Assembly (NCBI GenBank): GCA_951406725.2
Contig: OX597814.1
Span: 89,900,001-89,964,000, forward strand
Direction of reading: 5' to 3'
Source of the DNA: Octopus vulgaris
Lineage: Eukaryota
DNA: 64,000 bases
Part shown: piece by piece, positions 1 through 14,225 of the stretch
How positions within the stretch are numbered: position 1 is the first letter of the stretch
Layout: each line of letters starts with the position of its first letter
Notes under the pieces: generated by a model
Databases searched by the model: none
Told to the model about the DNA's origin: nothing
What the model saw: only the letters and a program-made list of their open reading frames with translations
Position numbers and translations under genes: made by a program

Positions 1-1250
1 TATTGTTCTAGTAATTTCCTTACTACAATTTACATTACCATAAAGTCTACCGTAGATCATAATCCATGAAAATAGACTAATACTCGCCCCGCCACCACAT
101 GATATATACTATATACACATATGTACTATATACACGTACGCACATACACCATGCACATACACACAACATATATACATATGTATGTGTATGTTTGTATGTA
201 TAATTTGTGCCATTAACTTGACAATCGTTTGAACTTTAGCCCAAACCGTATCATACCTGCATGTGAATCTGTTCTCGTAATCGTTGAAAATAATTTATTT
301 TAGAAATTAAAGCTTGCAGCCCACCGAGTCAAAGGCTTAACATTTCTGTGAATGGGAGCTTATACATAATCCTTATAGCTTTCTCACAGCTTTAGGGATT
401 TCGCATTATTTATGCAGTAATCAAGCTTTTGCGATTGGTTAATAATTAAATTTTAAAAATTTGTCATTAAAACATCTTTTTAATTTATGAAAAAGTATTC
501 GACCGACTTTAGTTTGTGAGAGACATGACTAGAGACAAATATTTATAAAATAGAAATATTAATAGCATTACAATATTTTCCATGTTTTATGAGCGATATT
601 TTAACCGTAATATTGGTCTCAAATTATAAATATAATGAGTAAAGTAGCAGCAGCAGATGTGGCAAATATGATACACATTTATAGCAATTGAAGTCTCTGT
701 TCCATGCATTTAATCCAGGGGGTCGGGAGTTAACTGAATGAGAATGAAATTTTTACAAGTTTATTTGGAAGTAAACACTGGTTAAGTCTCTGAATACTAG
801 TGTAACTAAGTCATTTAAATTTAAGACCAAAACAAAATATTTGACGAAGTAACGTTTATCGCCACCTAAGAATGCGTGTTCTCGATGAACAGACGATACT
901 GCTATTTTAAACCCAAGAGAACGTATCCTCCAGGTGGTTATTCGGTGTGTCCTGTACTCGATATATATTGTAAACGGGGAGAGAACCTCTACTATTTCAG
1001 CAACGAGAGCACCAGACTCCGCAGTTTCGACCTTATTGTGCTTATCCACGGTGATGGATTAACGTCTGCTAGATATAGCAGTAGTTCCCTCCAGTTTGTA
1101 ACATATAGAACATAATTGATACACAGTCACTGATCTTGAAACTAAAAAAACTAACTCCCTAAGAAAATCTCTATAAGAGACGAAAGTAGTATCTATACTG
1201 AGCGCCACCTAAACATGCGTGTTTTCTAAAAACAAATGACATATTTTACA

Positions 1251-1633
<383 letters not shown>

Positions 1634-1924
1634 TACAATTCATAAATGAGGGCAAAGGAAAAAAATTCTAATGCCAAATATGCCGAAAAATTGGACATAT
1701 TGTCCATTAACCATATATTTTTTTCACAATACGCACGCTACTCGAAAGAAGGTCGACAGAAATTTCTAAAAAATTCCATTATTACCATATCGGACCGATT
1801 TCAGAGTTAGCTACTAAGAGCCCTCTCTTCGTCAGTGATACATGTGGCATTGATACATGCTGGCCATTGATAAAATTTTTTTCGAGAAAATATTTTTTTT
1901 CGAAAAGAATTTTATCCTCACATT

Positions 1925-1975
<51 letters not shown>

Positions 1976-1987
1976 GGTGGGTATGTT

Positions 1988-2207
1988 ATCTGTGTTTGTC
2001 TCCCATCCCCACCATGCCATCATTTGACAACCGATGCTGGTGTGTTCATGTTCCCCTAACCTAGCAGTTCGGCAAATGTATCCGAAAGAATAAGTAGCAG
2101 GCTTAAAAAAAGTTCTGGGGTCTATTCTTTTCAACTAAAACTATTCAAGGCGATGCTCCAGCATGGCCACAATCAAATGACCGAAGCAAGTAAAAGAATA
2201 AAAGAAT
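1988..2207 (+). mobile_element. SINE family A, 3' half
   Basis: tttgacaaccgatgctggtgtgtt...ctccagcatggccacaatcaaatgaccgaagcaagtaaaaga matches the other copies. Confidence 0.8.
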
Positions 2208-2213
2208 ATGTTA

Positions 2214-2338
2214 TATAGGTGTTCAAAAAGTCTCTCCGCAGTGCATTTTTTTCTCCGCAAGATGTATTTCAAAATATGTGTAGAAGAGTCAACTTATGTA
2301 TTAAAAATGCAGGACGACACTTTCAACACCTCATATAA
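2214..2338 (+). mobile_element. Tiny Tc1/mariner remnant
   Basis: Reads RRVNLCIKNAGRHFQHLI*, resembling the GGHFEHLL* C-terminus of Tc1/mariner transposases; imperfect inverted ends. Confidence 0.4.
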
Positions 2339-3635
2339 AGTTTTTTAAAGTCTTGTAAAGTCTAATATATTCTTTTGTAGCCTTATAACACCTTACAACA
2401 GTGACACAACAACATCTTATGCATTTATATTTCACCCCTGATACTAATGAAAATTCGCTACATGTTGTTTAGATATTTACTCCTCAATGAGGCTAATACG
2501 CGTTAAGCCATAGAACTGAGTTGAAATAAAAACCTTCGACTTAAGAAGCTGATGAAATTAATGTTTTAACTTTATATTTGTATTTAATAGTTATAGGTAT
2601 GTATTTCTGTTTCTACAGGCATCATCGGCACACATACATACTTACAGGAATTCATACACATAAATGCAAAAACACGAATATAATTCTGCTTTATTTTATA
2701 GAAAAAAAAAGCGCCTTGCAATCAATAAATAATAATAAATATATATTTGTAATTCCACGTGTGTTAAAATTGTACGTAATAATGATTTTGACGCATATAT
2801 TATATACATCGTTATTCAATTATCGTACAGAATCAATACAGTATGACGTCAAGGTCGTTTTAACAACTTGGAAAATATCGATTTTTACAGATAATGCCAA
2901 TGCCTATGACAGATTATTTAGTAAGGAGAATGGAAATGAAGAATGTGTTGGAGACAGTATTTAGAAAGAAGCAATAAAAAAAGAACTGCATATGTTCTGT
3001 CGCTATACAATGCATGATGTTTAAGGAAAAGAAACATATCTTAAGATACCTCTGGCAATCTGCAAAAAAATGAGTGTTGGAAAAATTTATAAGATCTTCT
3101 AAGAGATTCTAAGAAACCTTAGATAACAGAGTATTGTTGCAGTATTGGCTCTTTTCAAGGAACAGCGTGACACTCTTAATTTTTTTAATGTTAAAATTAA
3201 CACCTTCATCGACATATTTCAATGATTGTGTGAAAGACACATATAAATTCATAGATATATATATATATAGTGTGAAAAAAATATACATACATACATACAT
3301 ATCTACATACATACCTGCATATATATATATATATCATACTAGTACGCATATATGTAAACATATACATGCGTATATAAATACACACACAGAAACACGTACA
3401 TATATGTAAAGCGAAGCAAATACAAATAAGTAAAACAACAAAAATCCAAGGGGAGCTGACAGGTAAAAGTATTAGATTAACACTCAAAAACAGGTAGAAA
3501 ATATTATAAGATAAAAACTATAGAGTAAAAACATAATGTTTTTGACATAGTCCTTCCTCGGATACTAGAAGATAGTCTAGGATAGGAGGAAGAAAGGAAA
3601 AGAAATATAAGACACAATTCCAAGGGCAAACGCAC

Positions 3636-3669
<34 letters not shown>

Positions 3670-3784
3670 GTGTCAAGGGGAAATGGAATTTAATTAAAAT
3701 TAAAACATTCAATCAAAATTTACATTTCCAGTGGTCTAACGTGCAAAAAAAAAAAAATTTAGTCAAGAAGACTATATATTAGTC

Positions 3785-4302
3785 ATACGATATAGTGTAT
3801 ATTTAAACACATAAGGAATTCACTTATAGGGAATTCAGCACGCTAGAAAGAACAGCTAGGTTCTGTAAACCACAAAAATAACGGATAAAATTCGACAGGA
3901 ATAAATTTGGAAATGAAAAACATTTACCATCTAGTCCCTGGACCAATTGGTTTCTAATCATCTTTTAGCGAGTCAAGGAGAACTCACAAGGTCTGATTTT
4001 CTTCAGTAAGGTCCAACCTAGGGTTATACATATCCAACACGAGACAAACAAGGCTACTTGTCTCGTGTTTATACGAACTAACTTTTCAAAAGTTCTTGAC
4101 TCGTGAGTTCTCCTTGACTCGCTAAAAGATGATCAGAAACCAATTGGTCCAGGGACTAGATGGTAAATGTTTTTCATTTCCAAATTTATTCCTGTCGAAT
4201 TTTATCCGTTATTTTTGTGGTTTACAGAACCTAGCTGTTCTTTCTAGCGTGCTGAATTCCCTATATGGAGGATTCCTTATGTGTTTAAATATATACTGTA
4301 TC

Positions 4303-4306
<4 letters not shown>
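3785..4306. repeat. Long inverted repeat, ~200-bp arms with ~115-bp spacer
   Basis: 3785-3987 is nearly the exact reverse complement of 4103-4306; the spacer holds a second hairpin aacacgagacaa...ttgtctcgtgtt (4036-4069). Confidence 0.95.
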
Positions 4307-4370
<64 letters not shown>

Positions 4371-4477
4371 ATATTTATATACGTAAATACACACACACAA
4401 TATATCTATCCATCTATCTATACCTACATGTTTATATATATGTACATCAGCGTGAGTGTGTATGCGTGTAATGTATG

Positions 4478-4543
<66 letters not shown>

Positions 4544-5379
4544 ATATATATAATATATATATATATATAATATACATATATATATATATAGTCATATATA
4601 TATATATATACACCACACACAAATAGATATATATATATACATATATCGGGCTATGTAGCTACATACTGCAATATCGCATAAACCATATACTATGATTTGA
4701 TTCTTATCACAGCATAGCGTATAGTAGAGGTCCATTCATGTCGAAGACTTATAATGACAACTTAAATCCTAAGAAGAATATGTTTTACTTCATCTAATAT
4801 GCAGCATGTTAAATTGTCTTTGGAAAAAATGATGTGATTAAACCTCCTTGTAGTATTACAAAATACAAAAGATGATTGCTCCCAGAATAAAATAGCTAAT
4901 ATCTTTTGCATCCGAAATCTGATAACATAGCCAACTTAAATTTCCATAAGTATACTGATGCCTCCCAAAACATCTTAAGAATAAAAAGAAAATATATTTT
5001 CACATAATAACAAGATATTTTTAAATTTCTGTGTTTACAGAAAGGGGCGGAGGCCATGAACTTTCAAGCTCTCCGATATTGATGAAACTGATGTCGCTAA
5101 TGCTCCATTTGACCTGTTGCAAAGGAAGAACTGCAAGAAAGACATGAACAAAGTAGAGATTTCAGAGAGCCGAAGTTCTGAGGACGAAGGATTTAACGTG
5201 CGATGAAAATATTGTTGGTGGCAGCAAAGTTACTAAGAAGTAGTCATCATATTAGTAATAGTAATGATAGAATGAAGAGACAGCACGCTTGTGGACCAGG
5301 AAACGGTATGCCTGTGTTCTTTAGAGATTGAGAGTCAAGCAGGCCAGTGACCCTTCTCTGGGTGCAATCCAAGATGTTT

Positions 5380-5950
5380 CTGTATGTAGCAGAGGCTACA
5401 TACCTAAACGACGTCCCAGATTTAATTCTATAGATATAAATATTGGAGAATGCAGTGTGGTGAAAAGAATATAGAGTTAATATTTTGACTAGAGACATGT
5501 CACCAAAATGTAGACAATGTATTGGAATGCCAGAAACAAAATTAAGCTATAAATGGACTTGTGCAATATTTATTACAAAAGTATAAACAAAGACATAATT
5601 CTGTATCAATCGCAAGTTGAAAGCTACAACAGAATCTCTATTGCATAAGATATTGAGAGGACCGTAATTGCTAATGTTCACACAAAGATTACACTATAGC
5701 AATAAAGAAGGAAGTTTGAATATAATATCGAAAAGTAACCTGAAAGCAATACTAGAAGGACATTAACTTATATAGTCAAGCAGAAAGAAAACGCTCTTAG
5801 ATAACCAAATTCCCAGGAGTAATATATAACAAAAGGAAAGGCAATATCATGAAACTATTGACATAAGACACTAATCAGAAGTCGGCTTATGAGTAAAACT
5901 CATAGAAAATAGGTACCCAAAGCTGCAGGAGGATCCATTATATTTAATTA
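5380..5950 (+). pseudogene. Decayed RLE-type (R4/Dong-like) non-LTR retrotransposon fragment
   Basis: Manual translation near 5470-5600 gives YRVNILTRDMSPKCRQCIGMPET, resembling the CxxC...ET zinc knuckle that precedes the restriction-like endonuclease; multiple stops and frameshifts. Confidence 0.45.
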
Positions 5951-6376
5951 ATTAAATGCAATGAATCCTTCGTTGAGAAGCTTTTAAAAACAATGAGGAC
6001 TTAATAGTGGTAAATGAAATGGTATTTATGTTGCGTTAAAACTATCAGTATTCTGCTGAGGAAATAATACTGATGTATATCGAGGAATATTGGCTGCAAA
6101 TTTTGGTACAAGTCCAGGAATTCCGGGGGAGGGTGCTAGTCGATTACATCAACTCCAATGTTCAACTGGTACTTACGTTATCTACCCCCGAATGGATGAA
6201 AGGAAAGGCAATATCATGAAACTATTGACAGAAGGCACTAATCAGAAGCCTGTTTATGAGTAAAACCCATACAAACTAGGTACCCAAAGCTATAAATGGA
6301 CTTGTGCAATATTTATTGTAACAGTATAAACAAAGACATCATTGTCTGTCTGCACTTTGCCTGGTATGCAAACGAT

Positions 6377-6773
6377 TCTTTTCTACTCTAGGCAGAAGGC
6401 CCGAAATTTTTAGGGAAGGGGCCAGTAAGGCAGATCGATCACATTGCGTAATTGGTACTTATTTAATTGACCCCGAAAGGATGAAAGGCAAAGTCGACCT
6501 CCACGGAATTTGAACTTAGAACGTAACGGCAGGCGAAGTACCTATTTCTTTACTACCCACAATGGGCTAAACACAAAGAGGACAAACAAGGACAGATAAA
6601 TGGATTAAGTCGATTATATCGACCCTAGTGCGTAACTGGTACTTATTTAATCGACCCCGAAAGGATGAAAGGCAAAGTCGACTTCAGCGGAATTTGAACT
6701 CAGAACGTAGCGGCAGACGAAATACTGCTAAGCATTTCGCCCGGCGTGCTAACGATTCTGCCAGCTCGCCGCC
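6377..6773 (-). mobile_element. tRNA-derived SINE family B, composite: head + Tx1-tailed unit + normal-tailed body
   Basis: Minus strand begins ggcggcgagctggcagaatcgttagc with a B-box-like gagttcaaattcc; the body occurs twice with a junction at 6542/6543. Confidence 0.9.
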
Positions 6774-9084
6774 TTTTGATAACTTAAAAATAATCCACAG
6801 TGGTACTGTGTATCGGAATTGGTCATATAGATAAAGCTATAGCTGGAATATACTAGTATGCCACGAGCAAAATGAAATTAAAGCGCGTGACCTTTATTCG
6901 TAGGAAATACTTTCTTCGTCTAGCAGGTCATTAGTATTGTCCCTCTTTTAAACTTTAAATTACTGATATTAACTTCTATTAACAGTAACACTAACCACAC
7001 ATTTTACTGAAAATAACCATCAAAATTTAGTCATGTTACACTATTTATTATCTTAGACAACATTTTTAATTATAAGTTGACAGCAGTTTTCAAACTTTTA
7101 ATTGCAGAGTGAATCACTCAGCCAGATAGAATTTAATCTATTTTATACATCTTAGTTCACTTTCATTTTAATAAGCTCATTAATAACTTGTATTCAGTAA
7201 AAATATGTAGTATTTAGAAAAAAAATTACGAAAATCCTTCGAAAGTCTTTGAGACACACTATCCAGAAATTTAATTATTCTATTTTTAGTTGGGCCAAAT
7301 ATCTAGGTTTTGCTGTATAAACAAATTATGTTTTATCTTCGAAATCTACCATAATGTGTTATAACAAGTGAGTAAACTACATTTCTGTAAAAATCATTCC
7401 CTGAGTTGCACAGCACACACTTAAGGACATGTTTATAGAGAGTTCCTGAAGCTAATGAAATCAAAACAATTATTTTATTCTTCCTTCAAGAATAGCAAAA
7501 TTTATTCTAGATATGATCTTACCTTAAAAGAATTCACCTTGTTTTGTGTGACTTCGTAACACCGGAACTGAGGCGCAAGAATTTAGGGTAACATTACATA
7601 TGTATAGAATATCAGGGCATCTGAAAAAAGATTTCTTTTAAAAACAAGAAGTCAATGAAAAATACGATCATACGATTCCATATATTTCTCAACGACTTTG
7701 ATAGTACAAATGACAAGAAACGGCAACAACGGGAAAATAAAACTGGGTTCCAGAGTCACTTCTTCAGAGATTTATTTCATACACTTTGTAGTTCGCGCCT
7801 CAGGGATAAAAGCAAGCAAACAAAACAAGCCTACGTAAATATTTTTGTATTGATTGTGTTTGTTTACTGTTATTAAGGAACGGAATAGAATTCATGTTGA
7901 ATTTATAAAACTTTGCTGCTTCACACGCAGTTATACACAGAAAGAAAAAAAAAACACATATACAGAGAGAAACACAAATTCACACCACAGATATACTCAT
8001 GCACAAACAATAATAATAATAATAATATAATTTATAGATAATCTTACTATAATCACTACAAGAAATAATATGGATCATTTGTCTATACACATCACTTAAA
8101 TTTCCACCAGCTTCAACTGCGAATTGGAAGATTGAAGCTGGCAAATAAAACAGGGTCAAAACAGAACTGTGATATGTTCTGAAACCTAATTACAAAACTT
8201 TCCTCTTAATATAACTTTTCCAGTTGGAATAATCTTGCAGCTGGCGCATTAATGACATTGACAGATACAATGACGTTTTCAACGTGCAAAGTATTGATCT
8301 TATAATCTTAATTTAAGACCTGTTCTCTGATATCTAAACACCACCGATACTCTTCCATATCTACTATACTACACCTACAACGATATTTCTTCAGATTTTC
8401 TCAACCGATTATAATTATCTCCAGAAGAACTGCAATTTGTAAAGTCATTCGCTTCATGAAACATTCTAATCCTTAGCTTTAATGTCAAATGTCTAGGCTT
8501 CATTAAGAATGGATTAGACTCGTACTTAACTTCTATCATAACTGTTCTTGTTTAAAATCTCAGAGCAGTCTCGTCAAATATTTTCAATTAACGTACGTTG
8601 AATTATGCTGTACTGATTGATCAGTGTTGTGTGATAAAATCTGAGAGCTAATCGCTCAATGAAGCCATACATTGGGTGGGTATGTCTATCGAAGAATTAT
8701 AACAGGTAATTAACTAAGAAATAGGACATTATCAATAATGTTCTTCGAGGTTCAACACACCTGCGAACTCTGTTTCCTAGATCTAGCTAGACAGTGTTTA
8801 AATTACATTGAAAATAGGTTAAGATACCTAAGAAATTTGGGCGGAGTTGATGATATCGTATCATTTCTGGGATAATTCATTAATTAGTCTTTAATTATTT
8901 TAAATCTGCGTGTATATATATATATATACACACAATGGGTAATAAAACGAATGGTTTACACATGGTAGCTTACGGGTAAAGAACGGTCAGTTTCAGCGTG
9001 ATCGTTAGGTTTATAACAAATGAAGGACAGAAGATGGAATATACGAGAATTTATTATTAATCACGACAATTGTTTCGACACATC

Positions 9085-9220
9085 TAGCATCGATTCCTCC
9101 TGGATGGGACACTCAACAACTGGTCCAGGAGCATCAACTAATTTCACGTTGCCTCAATCCACTCAGCTGGTAAAAATGAGTAATCCTGCGGCTGGCTTCT
9201 GCCCCGTTCAGGCGGGGAAG
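9085..9220 (+). mobile_element. Decayed SINE family C fragment
   Basis: atttcacgttgcctcaatccactcagctggtaaaaatgagtaatcc matches the reverse complement of 17490-17540. Confidence 0.55.
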
Positions 9221-9360
9221 GGAATATATATATTCCAGACAACGGTATATAATGGTATTTGAAGATAAACTTAATACATGAGAAACTACAGGAGGATCAA
9301 TTATGATTGTAATCAACATATTCCCCTCTCAGATTCACACACAACAGTTTTTCTGAAATA

Positions 9361-9630
9361 CGTAAAGGAAATTGGACTGTTAAGCCTCCGTGATACCTTT
9401 TGAACCAGGAAGTTTTCATCAGCCTCTCGTATATGCGCGTGTGTAAGAGGATCGAGCCTCGCAATTATACTTTACCGGCCATCGAGCTGCCTGAGACATT
9501 CAGCGTTTACTGACACTGTAAAGGAACTCGGAAGGTTAAGCCTCCAACCAGGCCTTTCGTGACACCCTTAGAACCAGAAAGTTTTCAGCACCACCTTGTA
9601 TATGCGTGAGTGTGTGTGTGTGTGTGTGCG

Positions 9631-9696
<66 letters not shown>

Positions 9697-9938
9697 TGTG
9701 TGTGTGTGCGAGGATCGAGCCTCACATTTGTAGTTTACTGGGCCACCGGGTTATCTGGGACATTCAGTGTTTACTGAACCCTGTAAAGGAACGTAAAAGG
9801 TTGGGCCTCCAACTAACCTTTCCCGATACTCTTAGAGCCAGGAACTTTTGAGCACCCCCACGTATAGGCGTGTGTGTGTGCGAGGATCGAGCCCCGCATT
9901 TGTAGTTTACTGGGCCATCGGGCTACCTGGGACATTCA
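9361..9938 (+). repeat. Three diverged tandem units (~160-180-bp core) with variable internal (TG)n
   Basis: Recurrent gtaaaggaa..., gaggatcgagcc and gacattca motifs; units start near 9361, 9518 and 9783. Confidence 0.85.
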
Positions 9939-10475
9939 TTATGCACTCACACACATTCACACAAATATGCATATTTACCAGCGCATGCATACAAATATTC
10001 GTTGTTTATAATGATAGGATAAATATATAGAAACGAATTAGAAACGAATTAGAAACGAATTACGCCCGTCAGTTGGTAAAGAAAAGAAAACAAAGAAAAC
10101 CAACAACAATTTTTCGAAATTGTTCCGAGATAGCAACCCATGTTTCTCTGATATACTATTGAGATACTTACAAAAAACATTTTATTTAGAAAAACGTTCA
10201 GTTTAAACGAGAAATAATTGCATGTGATGATAGACAAACGATTGGGATTTCGATGGCAAGATGGCGCCATTAGCCCAAAGCTATAAACTCGCACTTGCGT
10301 GAACTTTAAACAATTTGCCTACGTTGATATATGTGCCTGTGTGCGTGTGGGTGTGCTTGTGCGTGTGCTTGTGTATGCGTGTGTAAAATTATTTATGTAT
10401 GTATATATGTATTATGTGTGTGTATATGTACTAATAGATATGTATACAATGTGTTGTGTATATATATGTATATAA

Positions 10476-10512
<37 letters not shown>

Positions 10513-11328
10513 TACATACATATGTGCGTAGGTATACAATGTGTGTAATCATAAATACATATACATGTATTTATACACACGCACACGCATATATGAATAC
10601 GTTTGTATTAGAGCTTGTGTTTGCATGTGTGTGTGTGTGTATGTGTGTGTGTGTGTGTAATTCAACATACAGGAGGAGAAAATACAAACCAGTAAAAACA
10701 ATAAACACCCGAAAACAAAGCAAAACATATGTATTCTGTAAATATGGCCGACCAGATGCATAACAAACAGCCCCCTGCTCCTCAAAAAAATAAATAAATA
10801 AAAATAAAATAAAAAGAATTTAAATTGAAATAAGTCGTATCACCAACAGCGAGAAACGTGTTAGAAGAGAATAAAAAAAGAAGTCACCAAACGCCAGGAG
10901 GTTCTACTTTATCTTCCTATAGAATGCTAAACAACAAAAAACAGCAGTACAAATATTAACGATACAAACAAATGAAATATGAAACTATGAAAGAGACATA
11001 AATATAGATTATATGTATGGAAGGTCAAAGATGTAAATAATTCATACGATAATATCTAGAAAGCGGATCATCATTGAGAACTTATTTCCTAGAAATAGTT
11101 GGATACGAAAAATATGTAGACAAAAGCCACAACACTAACCAAACTTTCAGGGGATGTAGCCGCCTACAGTGCCTTGTTATTCCCGTTGATATACCTCGTA
11201 CGTTACTAACACCCATTTGTTATTTGGTGTTTCTCTCTAGCTGTAGTAGTAAATTATATGTTATGAAAGAAGTGACAGTACCAATGGTACATTTAAGGAT
11301 TCAACAAACAATTCGTAAGTAAATACAC

Positions 11329-11384
<56 letters not shown>

Positions 11385-11495
11385 ACACATACACACGTAC
11401 GCACACACAGGTAGAGAATGAGAGAGAGGGGGGAGATGAGTCCATGAATCCGTACATACATGCACATACACACATATACGTGTACAAACACGTGC

Positions 11496-11618
11496 GTCTA
11501 CCAAATCCACCCACGTTGGCGTTGGTCGCAACTAGGCTATGGTAGAAGGTATTCGCCCTTAGCGCCACGCAATGGGACTGAACCTGGAGCCATGTTGTTG
11601 GGATGCAAGCTCCTTAAC
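11496..11618 (-). mobile_element. SINE family A, decayed 5' half
   Basis: Reverse complement matches ggttcagtccca..tgcgtggc...gtggatttggtagac; the adjacent (CA)n tract corresponds to the internal microsatellite. Confidence 0.7.
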
Positions 11619-11638
11619 TTACTTCTATCTATTATTAA

Positions 11639-11692
<54 letters not shown>

Positions 11693-12116
11693 GTGTATAT
11701 GTATACGTATATGATATGTGTTTATTAGAGTTATAAAATGAAGGAAAGACACTAAGTGGATTTCCATCACGCTAGAAATAGGAGTTAAATCCCAAACCAT
11801 GAAAAAGCTATTCTTATTTTGGCACGCTGAATGTAGGCAGGAAGGACAATTTGAGAGAATTTAAAAATGATTACTCATTCTCGTACTTACCGATTAAATA
11901 CACTGATTAATTAATTAATTAATCAAACGAGAATCGCTATTGATATATAAATACAAAAAGTCGAATACATACCGCATCAAACAAGACACACTGCATACTG
12001 AGTTTTCATCTTTATAAATCGAGGAGTTTAGATCAAAAAGTCCCACAAAGAGCGCACCAAAGTTTAGAGAAAAACCAGCAGTGAATTAACATTCAGCTGT
12101 GGATATACCCGACTCT

Positions 12117-12420
12117 TTTAATAGGGTAAATATTAAATATTAATTTTTTACCAGTGGCCAGAGTGAATAAGAATGTCTGCAGATTGCAAATGTTATATTC
12201 TGTTTGTATAACAGTTATACAATGAGGGAAAGTCATTAAATGGTGTTCCATCAGGCTAGAAATGGGAGTGAAATCCCAAATCACGAAAAAAGCTATTCAT
12301 ATTTTGGTACGATGAATGTAGGCGGGCAGGACAATTTGAGAGAATTCAAAAATGATTAATCATTCCATTTACTCACGGTGGCCACTGGTAAAAAAAATAT
12401 TTAATTTTTACCCTGTTTAA
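12117..12420. repeat. ~45-bp imperfect inverted repeats enclosing a duplicated ~120-bp segment (MITE-like)
   Basis: agggtaaatattaaatattaattttttaccagtggcca versus tggccactggtaaaaaaaatatttaatttttaccct; interior 12246-12365 duplicates 11762-11880. Confidence 0.65.
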
Positions 12421-12454
12421 AATTGTAAGCGTGTATATATATATATATACACAC

Positions 12455-12485
<31 letters not shown>

Positions 12486-12754
12486 TACATATGTATACAT
12501 ACATATATATATATATATATATACACATATGTATATTAATATAGGTATATATATGTGTGCGTGTGTGCGCGTCTGTGCGTGTGTGTATGTGTGCGTATGC
12601 GTATGTGTGTACGCATATATATGTGTGTGTGTATGTGCATGTGTCTGTGTGCATGTGCGTGCATGTTGGTATACATATATATATATATGTGTGCGTGTGC
12701 GCGCTTGAGTTTATGTGAGTGTATGTGTATGTGTGCGCGTGTATGTGTTTGTGT

Positions 12755-12790
<36 letters not shown>

Positions 12791-13461
12791 ACGTATATAC
12801 ATATGTACAAAAATATGTGAAAACGGGTGGCCTGGTAGTTATGGTGTTGCATGCAAGACAATGGTTTCGATTACCGAATCGGGATGTTCGTTATGTTCTT
12901 CAGCCAAACGTTTAATTTCACTCTACTCCAGTTCCCTTAGCTATAAATCTAATATCTGGTATGGACCGGCGTCCGGTTTAGGGGGAATGGTATAATCTCT
13001 GACAACCTATCCGGAAGGGATGCCATCATTTGAAAGTCACAATAATTCTAGGAAGCGTTTTGGTGTATAACAACATTCTGCTTGATACAATGATATGAGT
13101 AAGGTGAAGGCGGATGCATGCATTGATAAATATGAATTAGTTTTATAATAATTGAGAAATGTATTCAATGAATTCGTAAACATATGCTATAGTAACAGTT
13201 AATGAAGTCTGCATTATATGATTTAATCTAGACTTCATTTGCTTTTATGTAGATGTAAGTTTTACTCATCTGTTTATTTTTAGTATAATACCCTATTTAC
13301 AAACATATATATATATATGTGTGTATGTGTGTGTGTGTATGAGTGTGTGTGCGTGATGTTCCAATTATATATATGTGTATGTGTGTGTTTGTGCGCGTGT
13401 GTATGTGCGTTTGTGTATGTGTGTGTGTGTGTGTAAAATGATAATCACTCTCATTTATACG

Positions 13462-13509
<48 letters not shown>

Positions 13510-14225
13510 CATATATACATATGCGCATGCATGTGCGGACACACACACACTCACACACAAACACTGACATACATGTATAATATCTCGTATGTTTCATCAT
13601 ATTTGATGAAGACAAAATTGGATAGTCGGAAGGCATATTACTCTTATGCACAATAAATGTGCATAATTGCATAGTCAGGAGGCATATTATTCTTATTCAC
13701 TTCAATCTGCGAAAAATGCTAATGATTACTTCAGAATATCAAATGTAAAACCGCAGGCAAATTTCTGAATTCTACACATTTTCGGTGCCTGAATAAATAG
13801 GTGTAATGCATCAATAGTGTTTTTATTTAATGTTTATAATCTGTAAATCCTTGTGCAACGATCACATATACACACATATATATATAATAAAGGGTAAAAT
13901 CATAAATGTTTCTTACCAAGTGGTCAGCGCGGAAATAAAACCTCGAAGGTAAATTAATATAAATATTTTATAATTATATACATAATTATAACAAGGGCTT
14001 GGCTTACGCCTCACCATGCACTGAAAAATAGGCGTCAGAAGACACTGTTGCCACCATAAATTCTCCGAGAAAAACACGCTACATATAGGCTAGTAGAAGA
14101 AAGAAAATGAATTACAAATTTTGGTTAACCGAGCACATGATCGTGTTTCGGGTTTATAGTAATAAAAGGGATAAAAACATCAAATTTGGTACTAACATGG
14201 AAATAATTATTAGAGCTTCACCATA

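Noticed and set aside
753-1115. Overlapping 98-aa and 79-aa ORFs of ordinary composition
   Set aside because: No recognisable domain or splice context; length is compatible with chance. A host exon cannot be excluded without RNA-seq
2578-2964. 128-aa ORF
   Set aside because: TTG start, AT-rich low-information sequence, no motif
9361-9938. Regularly spaced repeats as a CRISPR array
   Set aside because: Whole units are homologous (no unique spacers), too long, eukaryotic context and no cas genes
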